A DNA stretch of 64,000 nt from Acetivibrionales bacterium (GTDB taxonomy: Bacteria > Bacillota > Clostridia > Acetivibrionales > JBMNNH01), in contig JBMNNH010000009.1 of the NCBI GenBank assembly GCA_050953835.1, forward strand, positions 12,944-76,943, given 5' to 3'. Below are positions 1 to 9,249 of the stretch, piece by piece. Within the stretch, counting starts at the first letter, position 1. Every line of letters begins with the position of its first letter. The notes beneath the pieces were generated by a model. That model saw nothing but the letters and a program-made list of their open reading frames with translations, was not told the origin of the DNA and made no database searches. The translations under genes were made by a program, and so were the position numbers.

Positions 1-348
1 TGTATCCTCGTTGATTGGGCAAATAGCGAGACCATCATACCCCTGCGCTACATAGGTATTGATCAGCTCAAGTTCCTTGGTGGTATCCCCGTTTGTGTTG
101 TTCAGCGCTACTTCCACGCCAGCATCCTTGGCGGCTGCTTCATAACCCAGCTGCACCAAACGCATGAACTGGTCTTCCTGAAAAACTACGCCAGCCACTT
201 TTAACTTCTTGGTCTTTGCAGGTGTTTCTTCTTTAGATACTTTGCCATTTTCCTCAGGTGACGGAGAAGGTTTTGCCTGGTTGGCACAGCTAATCAATAA
301 TGATGCCACCAGTACCATGATAAGCATAATAATTAGCAGTTTTTTCAT
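1..348 (-). CDS. Sugar ABC transporter substrate-binding lipoprotein (RbsB-like), 3' part outside the window
   Basis: Read by hand: ATG at 348 with AAGGAGG RBS; MKKLLIIMLIMVLVASLLISC lipobox, then VAGVVFQEDQFMRLVQLGYEAAAKDAGVEV...AQGYDGLAICP, a periplasmic binding protein type 1 pattern; frame open to the window edge. Confidence 0.85.
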   Translation of the reverse strand, partial: MKKLLIIMLIMVLVASLLISCANQAKPSPSPEENGKVSKEETPAKTKKLKVAGVVFQEDQFMRLVQLGYEAAAKDAGVEVALNNTNGDTTKELELINTYVAQGYDGLAICPINEDT

Positions 349-438
349 CGCTCATTTTCCTCCTTTATTAATTTTCCTATGCATAACGCCGAAGCGTTCG
401 CACCTAAAGTAAATGTCATTGCGTAACACACTCAGGTA

Positions 439-1491
439 TTACATTTTCGGAGCTGCTGTTGAGTCTCTGATGATTAGCTTTGTAGGTAGCAATATAGATT
501 GTTTTACAGGATGACTCCCCTCAGTTATATTTTGGATTAAAAGTTTTGCTGCAATTTCACCCATAGTAGTAATTGGCTGAGCAACAGTAGTTAATCTGGG
601 TGTTATAAGCTTTGAAGTTATTGTATTGTCAAACCCGGAGATCGAAATATCTTCAGGAACTCTTATATTATTTTCCGTTAATGCTGTATAGGCACCTATT
701 GCAACACTATCATTTAAACAATGAATAGCAGTGGGTCTGTCTTCTAACCCTAAAAGCTTCAATGTAGCAGAATATCCTGGATTAACAAAACTTTCAGTTT
801 TAATAATATAATCGTCTCTTATTGGTATGCCATGCTTTTCAAGTGTTCTTTTATAACCCAAAAAACGATTACGTAGCACAGAAATATCATATTTGAGACC
901 AATAAAAGCAATTTTTCTATGACCTAGTTCTATTAAATGTTCTATTACCGATGACGTGCCCTGCTCATCTGTAGTATCTATCCTATCTACTCCATCGATA
1001 TCAGCCTGAATTGACACTATATGCATTGATTTTTTTGCTTTGTCCAATAACTCTTTATTTGTTATGCTTGTACTTATAATCATCAATCCGTCAGTACGCC
1101 TTTCAAGCATTTCATTAATGTAGTATTCTTCCTTTTTGCTTTCTTGATTGGTATTACATAGCAACATAAAGTACTTATGCTTGCTCATAACATCTTCCAC
1201 GCTTTTAATAAACTCAATAAAATATGAGTTGGTTATATCAGGTATCATTAGTCCTATAGTCTTACTAGTCTTCTTTACAAGACTGCGGGCTATCGCATTG
1301 GGTGTAAAATTAAGCTCATCTATTATTCTCTGAACTTTTTTTCTTGTATTCTTGTTTACAAGTCCGCTATTATTAATCACCCTTGAAACAGTGCTAATAG
1401 ATACCCCAGCAGCCTTTGCAATATCATTTATGTTAAGCTTTTTCTTTTCCTGTAATTTCTTCTCAATAGATTCCACTATGATCTCCCTCAT
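439..1491 (-). CDS. LacI-family transcriptional regulator
   Basis: N-terminal INDIAKAAGVSISTVSRVIN HTH; C-terminal VPEDISISGFD and PRLTTVAQP sugar-binding domain motifs. Confidence 0.95.
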   Translation of the reverse strand: MREIIVESIEKKLQEKKKLNINDIAKAAGVSISTVSRVINNSGLVNKNTRKKVQRIIDELNFTPNAIARSLVKKTSKTIGLMIPDITNSYFIEFIKSVEDVMSKHKYFMLLCNTNQESKKEEYYINEMLERRTDGLMIISTSITNKELLDKAKKSMHIVSIQADIDGVDRIDTTDEQGTSSVIEHLIELGHRKIAFIGLKYDISVLRNRFLGYKRTLEKHGIPIRDDYIIKTESFVNPGYSATLKLLGLEDRPTAIHCLNDSVAIGAYTALTENNIRVPEDISISGFDNTITSKLITPRLTTVAQPITTMGEIAAKLLIQNITEGSHPVKQSILLPTKLIIRDSTAAPKM

Positions 1492-1579
1492 TAAACCATT
1501 ATTGAAAACACTTTATGTATCTGTAATTATCTATTTTAAGTAACTTAATACATTCCTTCTGGAACAATACAACAAATTT

Positions 1580-1597
1580 AATGAAAAGCTTTTCATT
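1580..1597. promoter_or_regulatory. Palindromic LacI-type operator candidate (AATGAAAAGCTTTTCATT)
   Basis: Perfect 18-bp palindrome resembling TGAAAnnnnTTTCA LacI/cre boxes, about 90 bp upstream of the LacI gene. Confidence 0.6.
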
Positions 1598-2041
1598 TAT
1601 TATATATATTCTACACAAAAATAAAAATTCCTTCTTTTCTTATAAATTTTTTTATTATTTTTTTTTTTTGAATATAAAATTAAAAATGAAGTCAGATAAG
1701 AGCATGTTATTGACTTGACAAAATACTGAATTACAGCGCTTCTGAGGTGTTTGCCTTATTTTGTAAGACTTATCCTTTGAGAAAATTATACGATTCAACG
1801 TTGAAAGAAAAAATACTATTAATAATGTAAATATTATGGTAACGTTTCTAATATATTCCTACATACCTTGGTATAACCTATTTCACGGCTCCACGAAAGA
1901 AGATGCAATAAATATTAATGCTATTCCAGAATTCTTTCTGTGTATGGATAAACCAGTAGTCAGAATCATAGCTGCCACCGATGCTGCGTTCTGGATGGCA
2001 GGAAGCCTGAAAAAAACCACCAGGTTGCCTGCCATTCAGTT

Positions 2042-2467
2042 CTACTGAATATCAATTTTTCTTCTCTTTGTTTTTGAAGGCTCTACCTTCGGTACTGTGA
2101 TTGAAAGGATACCATCCCTATATTCTGCTTTTGCTTGGTCGGACTTTACCTCAACAGGCAGCGGGATTGTCCTTGAAAAGCTACCGTAATACCGTTCTGT
2201 TCTGTAAGCGTTTTCATCCTTCAGTTCCTTTTCCCTCTTTGTCTGACCTGTAAGCCTTATAGTTTCCCCATCGATATATAAGTTCAGATCTTCCTTTGAA
2301 ACACCAGGTATTTCTGCTTTTACAATTACATCGTCTTCTGTCTGGTACACATCTACGCGGGGAGAAGAGAAGCCCCCAAATATTTTTGAGGGAAAGTCAA
2401 AAAAACTGCTCACTTCCCTGCCGATATTGTCCATATCCCTAAAAGGATTCCACGGTACAAGAGCCAT
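2042..2467 (-). CDS. Hsp20/alpha-crystallin small heat shock protein
   Basis: PRVDVYQTEDDVIVKAEIPGV, ERYYGSFSRTIPLP and AEYRDGILSITVPK motifs; ATG 2467 follows GGAGG. Confidence 0.95.
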   Translation of the reverse strand: MALVPWNPFRDMDNIGREVSSFFDFPSKIFGGFSSPRVDVYQTEDDVIVKAEIPGVSKEDLNLYIDGETIRLTGQTKREKELKDENAYRTERYYGSFSRTIPLPVEVKSDQAKAEYRDGILSITVPKVEPSKTKRRKIDIQ

Positions 2468-2598
2468 ATTAAACTCCTCCTTCATATTTTTTCAGTAATA
2501 GTTTTTCCTCTTAAATAATTTTTATAAAAAATATGAAGAAGATAGAATAAGAACTGGTGAAAATACTACTGTTAAATCAAAAGAAAAATCTTTTTTCA

Positions 2599-2648
2599 CT
2601 ATCCATATCCTCACTCTCTTGCTTTAAAATTGTAGATGGGCTTTATAA
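2599..2648. repeat. Exact 50-bp duplicate of 2901-2950 (rtcB 3' end and stop codon)
   Basis: ctatccatatcctcactctcttgctttaaaattgtagatgggctttataa is identical at both positions and flanks the REP-like element. Confidence 0.95.
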
Positions 2649-2650
2649 AA

Positions 2651-2885
2651 TATGACAGGGGACGGTTCTGTGTCCTATTACTCACATCTCTCTACAATCC
2701 CCTTGCTTACCCCTGTCAAACTACTGATTTGCTCTACTGAGATACCTTCTTCCCGCAATTTCTTAATACAACTGTTCCTCAATTGATTTCGAGATGCTTG
2801 AAACTCCGATAAGTTTTTATATTTAGAGACTTTCCTTAGCATACCAACCTATCTCAGTCGAGACACGGAACCGTCCCCTGTCTTG
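2651..2885 (-). mobile_element. MITE-like element: inverted REP-like 21-mers enclosing a 54-aa C-terminal remnant of a putative REP-associated tyrosine transposase
   Basis: GACAGGGGACGGTTCTGTGTC (2654-2674) and GACACGGAACCGTCCCCTGTC (2862-2882); internal ORF 2842-2678 MLRKVSKYKNLSEFQ...RNSCIKKLREEGISVEQISSLTGVSKGIVERCE. Family assignment is from recall of clostridial RAYT C-termini. Confidence 0.7.
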
Positions 2886-2912
2886 TTTCCCTTTTCCCTG
2901 CTATCCATATCC

Positions 2913-4102
2913 TCACTCTCTTGCTTTAAAATTGTAGATGGGCTTTATAATATCAACTATTTCAACAGTATCTTGAATATTATTAATGATTTCATCCATA
3001 GGCTTGTAGGCCAGAGCACATTCATCCAGTGTTGACCTGTTGACAGTGGTGGTATATATTCCTTCCATTGTTTTTTTAAACTCTTCAAGACTGATGGTTT
3101 TCTTAGCCTTTCTCCTGCTCATTATCCTTCCTGCCCCATGAGGCGCAGAATAATTCCAGTCTTTATTGCCTTTGCCAATGCAAATAAGACTTCCGTCCCT
3201 CATGTTTATCGGGATTAATACCCTTTCGCCTTTTCGGGCGGAAATTGCACCTTTTCTTAAAATCATGCTGTCCAAATCAATATAGTTGTGTATGGTTGTA
3301 AACTGTTCTTCTATTTCAAACCCCATTCTGTTTATAATCTCGTCAACAATGGCTTTGCGGTTATATACGGCATACTGCTGGACTATTTTCATATCATGCA
3401 GGTAATTGTTATAGCTTTTCCCCTGTACATAGGCTAATTGTTTGCTGATTTTGACAGGACTGATTTTCTTAATTTCATCCTGGATTTCTTTTTCGCGTCC
3501 TTCAGCCTTCAGTTTTTTACTATTTCAGCCTTCAGTCTGTTTTATCCGTAAGCTCCTTATAAGCCAGTTCCTGATAGTATTCTGCAACCTGCTTTCCCAA
3601 ATGCCTGCTCCCGGAATGGACAACCAGGTATAATGTCCCATTACTGTCTTTGTTGACTTCTATAAAGTGGTTTCCGCCTCCCAAAGTGCCAATACTCAAT
3701 CTTGCTCTTTCAAGATTAACATGTTTTTTACAGGCTAAACTATTAAAGTCATATGCTCTCAGTATATTTATGCTGTTTTTTCCTAATATTAAACCCTGAA
3801 GGAATATAATCATAGATAACATTATCCAGTTTTTCAAAGTCAATCTCTTTCTGCTTTAGTTTTATGGTTTCCATGCCGCAGCCTATATCCACACCAACAA
3901 GATTAGGCACAATCTTATCAGATATTGTCATAGTTGTGCCAATGGTACAACCCGCACCGGCATGGGCGTCAGGCATAATCCTGATAATACTGTCCTTCAC
4001 GAACTCCTGATTGCATAGTTCCATGATTTGGGCTATTGCTTCACTTTCTACATTATCAGTGAATACTTTGGCAGTATTATATTTTCCTTCAATCTTAATC
4101 AT
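2913..4102 (-). pseudogene. rtcB: RtcB-family RNA ligase, split by frameshifts (possibly assembly indels)
   Basis: MPDAHAG, VGVDIGCG, GTLGGGNHFIE, HSGSR, IHNY, RKGA and SAPHGAGR motifs spread over ORFs 3749-4102, 3532-3843 and 2913-3392. Confidence 0.9.
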
Positions 4103-4355
4103 ACTTTCACCTAATTCACGTCCATAATTTTTCCAAGCTTAAACAAAATATTGAAACAGACACTCCTAGCAAGAGGAGCAAGTATGCTTATCATGTTCAT
4201 AATTCAAATGATAAACCATACCTCATTTTAAGCAATTAAGAGTAATTTCCACTTCCTCTTACTTTCTTTTGCCTAATGGTATGAAAGTGGTATATATCCA
4301 CTTTCACTGTAAGGTTAAAAAACTAAACAAAGTTAACCAAATATGAAGTTTATTA

Positions 4356-5678
4356 TCACGGTCCCGTACCTACACCGTCAATCCTCCAGCCGCTTTTTTC
4401 AGATTCTTTCTTCAATATAACAAATCTTGGTTGGATTCCATCATCTGAGGTTATTGGTTTTACGAAGTCAAAGTCAACTTCAACCATATACTCCAACACC
4501 TCTGGCTCATTCTGAATTCCTTTAAATTCTTTTGTCTCCAGCAACTTTGCACTCTTAATATTATAGTCTATTTTATTCTCATCCCTATTAAAAAGGTACT
4601 GGTTGTTCATATTGGATGATAACTGCTGCGATAGGCTTTTTCTTGTCATACATGCCCATACCATTTTTATGTCATGCCTATCTAATGCCTTGAAATACTC
4701 TCTGATTATATCCTTTGGTTCCATTTTGGACAGCTTGATTTCCAATTCATCCTCATAATCAATATAATGTGCAATCCATCCATCCCATTCCTTGCCCGTA
4801 ATATCTTTTAAACTCTTTCTATCAAGAGAGCATGCGAAAGAATTGTGCCTTCCGGCATCGTTATATGCCCCAATAATCTCATCATTATGCTTAAGAATAA
4901 TGCCTCTCGCGTCTCTTCTTGGCTTCATAAACTCGGGAAGCGTTTCCCTAAGCCTATAAATTTCTGCTGTAACAACCTTTCCGAGGTAACCAGTATAATC
5001 AAAACCTATTTGCTTGGAAAGTTCATTGTTATAAGCCCAATATATTTTTACCGGGTATTCTCCTGCCCTATGTTTAAGGCTTTTAGGTAATTTTTCTTTT
5101 AAGGTACTTATTCTATAGTCAACAGTCCAGTTATATTTGCCAAATAGTCGCAACACTCGCTGCTCAATATTAGTATCAGGATTTGTATACTCATTTAAAT
5201 CGGCAATGTATCTAAAGAAACTATAATCTGGCTCAACCTTTCTCCCACCTTTATCTATGTACCCTATTTCATAAAGAGTATCATATGTAAAACTAATATC
5301 CTTTTTGCTCCCATCTTTTCCATTAATAATTAACTGATTGTTTTTACGGGCCATTCCACTCATCTTGCTTATTTTGGATTCATCTGTCAATGGTTTGCTT
5401 TCCTCTATCATGGACATAATGTCATTTATCATCTTAGAGTCTTTAATTAATATAGGTTTTACCTTATTCCAGTAAGTCCCATTCGCATCGAGGATAAGTT
5501 CAATTGTTGTAATATCCTTAGTCCTGTCAGTAGTTTCATGCTCCTCATCCCCAACCTTATCTTTTTGTGTCTCCTGCTTTAAAGAGATTTGACCTTTTTG
5601 CACCGTATTACAGCCTGCTGAAAAAACTATTATTGTTATCAATAAAAGCATCAAACATCTTCTGTACAACTTATACAC
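4356..5678 (-). CDS. Lipoprotein, probably with DUF4830/DUF4829-like domains
   Basis: Lipobox FSAGC; C-terminal PKDIIREYFKAL...FVILKKESEKSGWRIDGVGTG pattern. Confidence 0.7.
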   Translation of the reverse strand: MYKLYRRCLMLLLITIIVFSAGCNTVQKGQISLKQETQKDKVGDEEHETTDRTKDITTIELILDANGTYWNKVKPILIKDSKMINDIMSMIEESKPLTDESKISKMSGMARKNNQLIINGKDGSKKDISFTYDTLYEIGYIDKGGRKVEPDYSFFRYIADLNEYTNPDTNIEQRVLRLFGKYNWTVDYRISTLKEKLPKSLKHRAGEYPVKIYWAYNNELSKQIGFDYTGYLGKVVTAEIYRLRETLPEFMKPRRDARGIILKHNDEIIGAYNDAGRHNSFACSLDRKSLKDITGKEWDGWIAHYIDYEDELEIKLSKMEPKDIIREYFKALDRHDIKMVWACMTRKSLSQQLSSNMNNQYLFNRDENKIDYNIKSAKLLETKEFKGIQNEPEVLEYMVEVDFDFVKPITSDDGIQPRFVILKKESEKSGWRIDGVGTGP

Positions 5679-6013
5679 CTCCCTATTTCAATGAATCCAT
5701 AGAATTTCTTCATGCTTCTTCCGGAATTCTTCTTCAATAATCAGACCATCTTCCTTCAGCCTCTCGCTTCTCGTTTTTCTTACCTACACCCTTTAATCAC
5801 GGAGATTGTTTTTTTGATTATGATTTTCCTTGTCCCATGTTTTCACCATCACCTGTCACCTATTGCCCATCACCTGAATAATGCGCGGCTTGCTGCGCAT
5901 ATTCTACTAATACATCATAAGTCATAATCTATAATGCAGCCTAATTTTTATATTATTATATCAATTTTCATCATTAATGGAAAATAAGAACTCGCCAAAG
6001 GAAGTAATTCAAT

Positions 6014-6186
6014 TCTGAGTTTCAACGATTAGAAATCAAAGTAAGAAACAGCTGCATTAAAAAACTACGGAAGAAAGGACTTTCAGTAAGATAGATTAAT
6101 AGGTTAACAGGGGTAAGCTAGAGAATTGTTGAGAGATGTGAAAAACAGGACATAGAACCGTGCCCCGTCCTATGTCCCCAGTCTTA
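6014..6186 (+). mobile_element. Degenerate RAYT-like C-terminal remnant plus REP-like end, opposite orientation to the other copies
   Basis: Translates SEFQRLEIKVRNSCIKKLRKKGLSVR*INRLTGVS; followed by GACATAGAACCGTGCCCCGTCCTA and a second partial copy TGTCCCCAGTCTTA. Confidence 0.75.
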
Positions 6187-6191
6187 CCGTT

Positions 6192-6773
6192 TTATTCTTC
6201 CTTTTCCCATTGGTCCATCTGCCTCATAACCTCATCGTATGTTTTTTTACAGATATCAGGAAGTTCTCCTCCCAGGGCTTCTTCCGCTGCTTTGAAGCCT
6301 TTTTCAATTGCATCTTTCAATTCAGCAATTTTACTCTTATCGCCGCCCGAAAGCGACTTTGCGAAATCGACAATTCTTGAGCTTACCGCTGCAACACCCC
6401 ATTCTCCATCGTCAGAAATCATCTTTTCCGCTTCAGCCCTGGTTTTACTGTCTATCAACAGGATTTCCTTTCCGTCATGAACACTCCCGGCCTTTTTCCC
6501 CTGATTGACAATCAGGTTCTCCACAAGCTCTCTCAAGGACGCAGTCGCCTTATCGACTTCCTCCCAGAGCCTGTCAATATCTTCAACACTCATGGCTGAC
6601 GGTCTGGAAACAGGATTGCTGTAAGTGACGCTCTTGTTTTCGGTTTTACCGATCTCCACAATTACGCCGTTTTCTTCACCGGTATTTATTCTCTGATCTT
6701 CCTTGACATTCCTCTTATCATTGGTTTTATAGGCTTGTGCCGTGTTTGAAACAAGCTGAACAGAATTAACCAT
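6192..6773 (-). CDS. Conserved hypothetical protein, probably in the flagellar (sigma28) regulon
   Basis: ATG 6773 with GGAGG; clostridial motif WGVAAVSSRIVDFAKSLSGGD...GFKAAE..LGGELPDI; sigma28 promoter upstream. Confidence 0.75.
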   Translation of the reverse strand: MVNSVQLVSNTAQAYKTNDKRNVKEDQRINTGEENGVIVEIGKTENKSVTYSNPVSRPSAMSVEDIDRLWEEVDKATASLRELVENLIVNQGKKAGSVHDGKEILLIDSKTRAEAEKMISDDGEWGVAAVSSRIVDFAKSLSGGDKSKIAELKDAIEKGFKAAEEALGGELPDICKKTYDEVMRQMDQWEKEE

Positions 6774-6822
6774 TATAATCCCTCCATCCATGGACAATAT
6801 GTTGAAATCCTTATATTAATAG

Positions 6823-6851
6823 TTATATCGGCATAAAATGAAATAACTTAA
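6823..6851 (-). promoter_or_regulatory. sigma28 (FliA/SigD) promoter
   Basis: TTAA-N15-GCCGATATAA on the minus strand. Confidence 0.75.
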
Positions 6852-6884
6852 CAAAAGCATATGCTATACGTATGAATTTTAATG

Positions 6885-6999
6885 TTGAAACTCCCATAAG
6901 TTTTTACATTTTGAGACTTCCTCAGTACACCAACCCGTCTCAGTCAAGACACAGAACTGTCTCCTTTAGGGCTTGACTTTTTATAGTTAGTCTGTCTTA
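6885..6999 (-). mobile_element. Truncated copy of the 2651-2885 element
   Basis: 6885-6965 aligns by eye with about 2798-2879 (degenerate GACACAGAACTGTCTCCT); TAAGACAG at 6999-6992 directly follows the corrected csaA stop. Confidence 0.75.
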
Positions 7000-7328
7000 C
7001 TATCCCAGCCTGTCTCCTTTTTTACCTTCTGTTCAGGCTCAATCAATACTACTCCCTGTTGGGCATATACACCTAATACCAGTACTTCTGACATAAAACC
7101 GGCAATTCGTTTTGGGGGAAAGTTTACAACGCCTAAAACTTGCCTGCCAATAAGCTCTTCCGGTTTGTAACATTCAGTAATTTGAGCGCTCGATTTCTTT
7201 ATGCCGATTTCTTCACCAAAATCTACTAATAGTTTATATGCGGGCTTTCTTGCCTTTTGAAAAACTTCCGCCTGAATAATTTCTCCAACCCGAATATCCA
7301 GTTTCATAAAATCATCAAAAGTAGCCAT
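7000..7328 (-). CDS. csaA: CsaA/Trbp111-family tRNA-binding protein or chaperone (1-nt indel near the 3' end)
   Basis: [40 protein letters not shown]; restoring one G gives the canonical KGDRLG* ending at 7000. Confidence 0.9.
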
Positions 7329-8028
7329 TATCAGACCCTCCTGTGGAATACTTAAGTTTTCTCGACTCTACCGTGCAGAGAAAGTCGTATATGGGTTTCA
7401 GCTTCCTGAAACCCTTTTTTAGTATATCAGGAAGCTCCTTTGAAAACGCAAGCTTGAAATCATTTTGGACAGATTCGAAGTATATGTTTTTTCTGTCCAG
7501 CCATAATCTTAAGCTCTCCGGCTGACCGGGAAACTTGCTTCTTTTGTACATTTCGCCCCCGATAACAAACTCATTTTGGGATTCATAGCACTTAAGCGCG
7601 CTTAAAAATGCAGGATGTCTGTTTATTATCATTTCCCGCATAATAGCCATTGATTCTGTTGGTGCGCCGTAATAGCCAACACCGTAGCTTGAGCCTTTCT
7701 GGTTTATTTCAAACCAGAAGCAAGGAGAAGTTGACATCTTGGATTTATCCCGCAGGAATACAAGCCAGGCATTATCCCTGTAAAGGCTCTTATCTTTTGA
7801 AAAACGGGTATCCCTGCGGACTCTGGAAATCAATTTCGATGGGATAGTTATAATCATATGGTCTATTTCCGTCATAGTAGGCACCAATTCCATAATAAGC
7901 TCTACAAATGGGTGGTATACGTATTTTTTATATTGGCTTTTATGGCTTTCATACCAATCTTTGCTATTATTTATTTTGTTTTCAAAAAGGAATTTCAGTG
8001 CTTCTTGGGTAAATCCACTAAAACTCAT
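7315..8028 (-). CDS. DUF2461-family protein
   Basis: [22 protein letters not shown] and [17 protein letters not shown] motifs. Confidence 0.85.
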   Translation of the reverse strand: MSFSGFTQEALKFLFENKINNSKDWYESHKSQYKKYVYHPFVELIMELVPTMTEIDHMIITIPSKLISRVRRDTRFSKDKSLYRDNAWLVFLRDKSKMSTSPCFWFEINQKGSSYGVGYYGAPTESMAIMREMIINRHPAFLSALKCYESQNEFVIGGEMYKRSKFPGQPESLRLWLDRKNIYFESVQNDFKLAFSKELPDILKKGFRKLKPIYDFLCTVESRKLKYSTGGSDNGYF

Positions 8029-8163
8029 ATCAGTAACCTCCGTATTATTACATAAAAACAAGGTGCAATATCTTTTTTAAATATTTTGACAGAAATCTAC
8101 AGTTCTATCAAGTAAGGCTAGAGATTATGATACAGTTTTTCGGGAATATGATCAACTTAATTG

Positions 8164-8432
8164 TATGACAGTATGACAGGGGACGGTTCGTATGACAGGG
8201 GACTATGACAGGGGACGGTTCTGTGTCCTATTCATCACATTATATGACAGGGGACGGTTCTGCGTCCTATTCATCACATTACTCTACAATACCCTTGTAT
8301 GCCCTTGTCAAACTGCTGATTTGCTCTACTGAGATACCTTCTTTCCGCAATTTCTTAATACAACTGTTCCTCATTTTGATTTTCAAATATTGAAACTCCG
8401 ATAAGTTTTTATATTTTGAGACTTTCCTTAGC
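8164..8432 (+). repeat. Five nested, 5'-anchored copies of the REP-like end; the last runs into a RAYT-like remnant encoded on the minus strand
   Basis: Copies start with TATGACAG at 8164, 8172, 8191, 8204 and 8243, with lengths of about 8, 19, 13, 39 and 190 nt; ORF 8279-8467 ends LRKVSKYKNLSEFQ...GISVEQISSLT. Confidence 0.9.
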
Positions 8433-8688
8433 ACAGCAACTGAAACCACAGTTTTAAAAAATACCATATGCTTTATGCTCTCAACAAAATACTCTATTGG
8501 TGAAGCGAATAGTTTATTCCTAAGGCTTGGGCAAATAATAGAGTATTAAATATGTAGCCAGAAACACAAAAACAAAAGTAATTAAATATGTAAAACCTTT
8601 TTCATTGGTACTTTTCCCTGTAGAATATAAACACTTTTAATACACATATTTTTAAAAATCGAAACAATTAGCCTAAAGATTTTATGAA

Positions 8689-9225
8689 TTAGTTTATTGT
8701 AAACTCCGATGCTAAATAGTAAGTGTCATAATCACCTGTACCTCTAAAATCCAGTATATCTTTTATAATGCGGTATTTTCCTGATTCTAAATTCCCATAG
8801 AGCCAGTTCCAATCGACTTTCCATTCTCTACAATCACCAGGCGATAAATCATAACCAATGCTATTAAATCCGTAGTCGCCATCTATAGTAACAGGAACTC
8901 TATACCAAATTCCATTGATTTTCTTTTCTAATCCAAAGTATTCGCCATAGATGCATTGACTGCTAGAATTATTCTCGATTACTACAGTCAATCCAGTTGA
9001 GGTCGCTGTTTCTTTCTTTACAGTCATAGTAACGCCATCAAAGTTGTTGGTAGTTTCGTATGTTGATGGATTCCAGTCAGTTACATCAGTAGACTGGCTT
9101 AAAGTCTTTTCTATTTCGGTGCTTTCTATATCTACAACCGATATCCTGTTATCATTGACCTTACACCCTGCAAGTAGAGCTAAAAAAGTGGCCATACAAA
9201 TGAATAAGCATATATACTTTCGCAT
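8689..9225 (-). CDS. Lipoprotein with bacterial Ig-like domain
   Basis: Lipobox LLAGC; GVTMTVK, YGEYFGLEKK and WNWLYGNLESGKYRIIK motifs. Confidence 0.8.
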   Translation of the reverse strand: MRKYICLFICMATFLALLAGCKVNDNRISVVDIESTEIEKTLSQSTDVTDWNPSTYETTNNFDGVTMTVKKETATSTGLTVVIENNSSSQCIYGEYFGLEKKINGIWYRVPVTIDGDYGFNSIGYDLSPGDCREWKVDWNWLYGNLESGKYRIIKDILDFRGTGDYDTYYLASEFTIN

Positions 9226-9249
9226 AAAAAGTCTCCTTTTTAATACTAT

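Noticed and set aside
1640-1670. Long poly-T tract as a phase-variation switch
   Set aside because: Intergenic AT-rich DNA with no demonstrable promoter-spacer role, and homopolymer lengths are unreliable in this assembly.
5700-5930. Possible degraded gene fragment upstream of the DUF4829 lipoprotein
   Set aside because: Purine-rich and coding-like on the minus strand, but no sustained frame or recognisable family.
8164-8282. CRISPR array or other guide-RNA array
   Set aside because: The units have no unique spacers and vary by 3' truncation, and there are no cas or other effector genes nearby.
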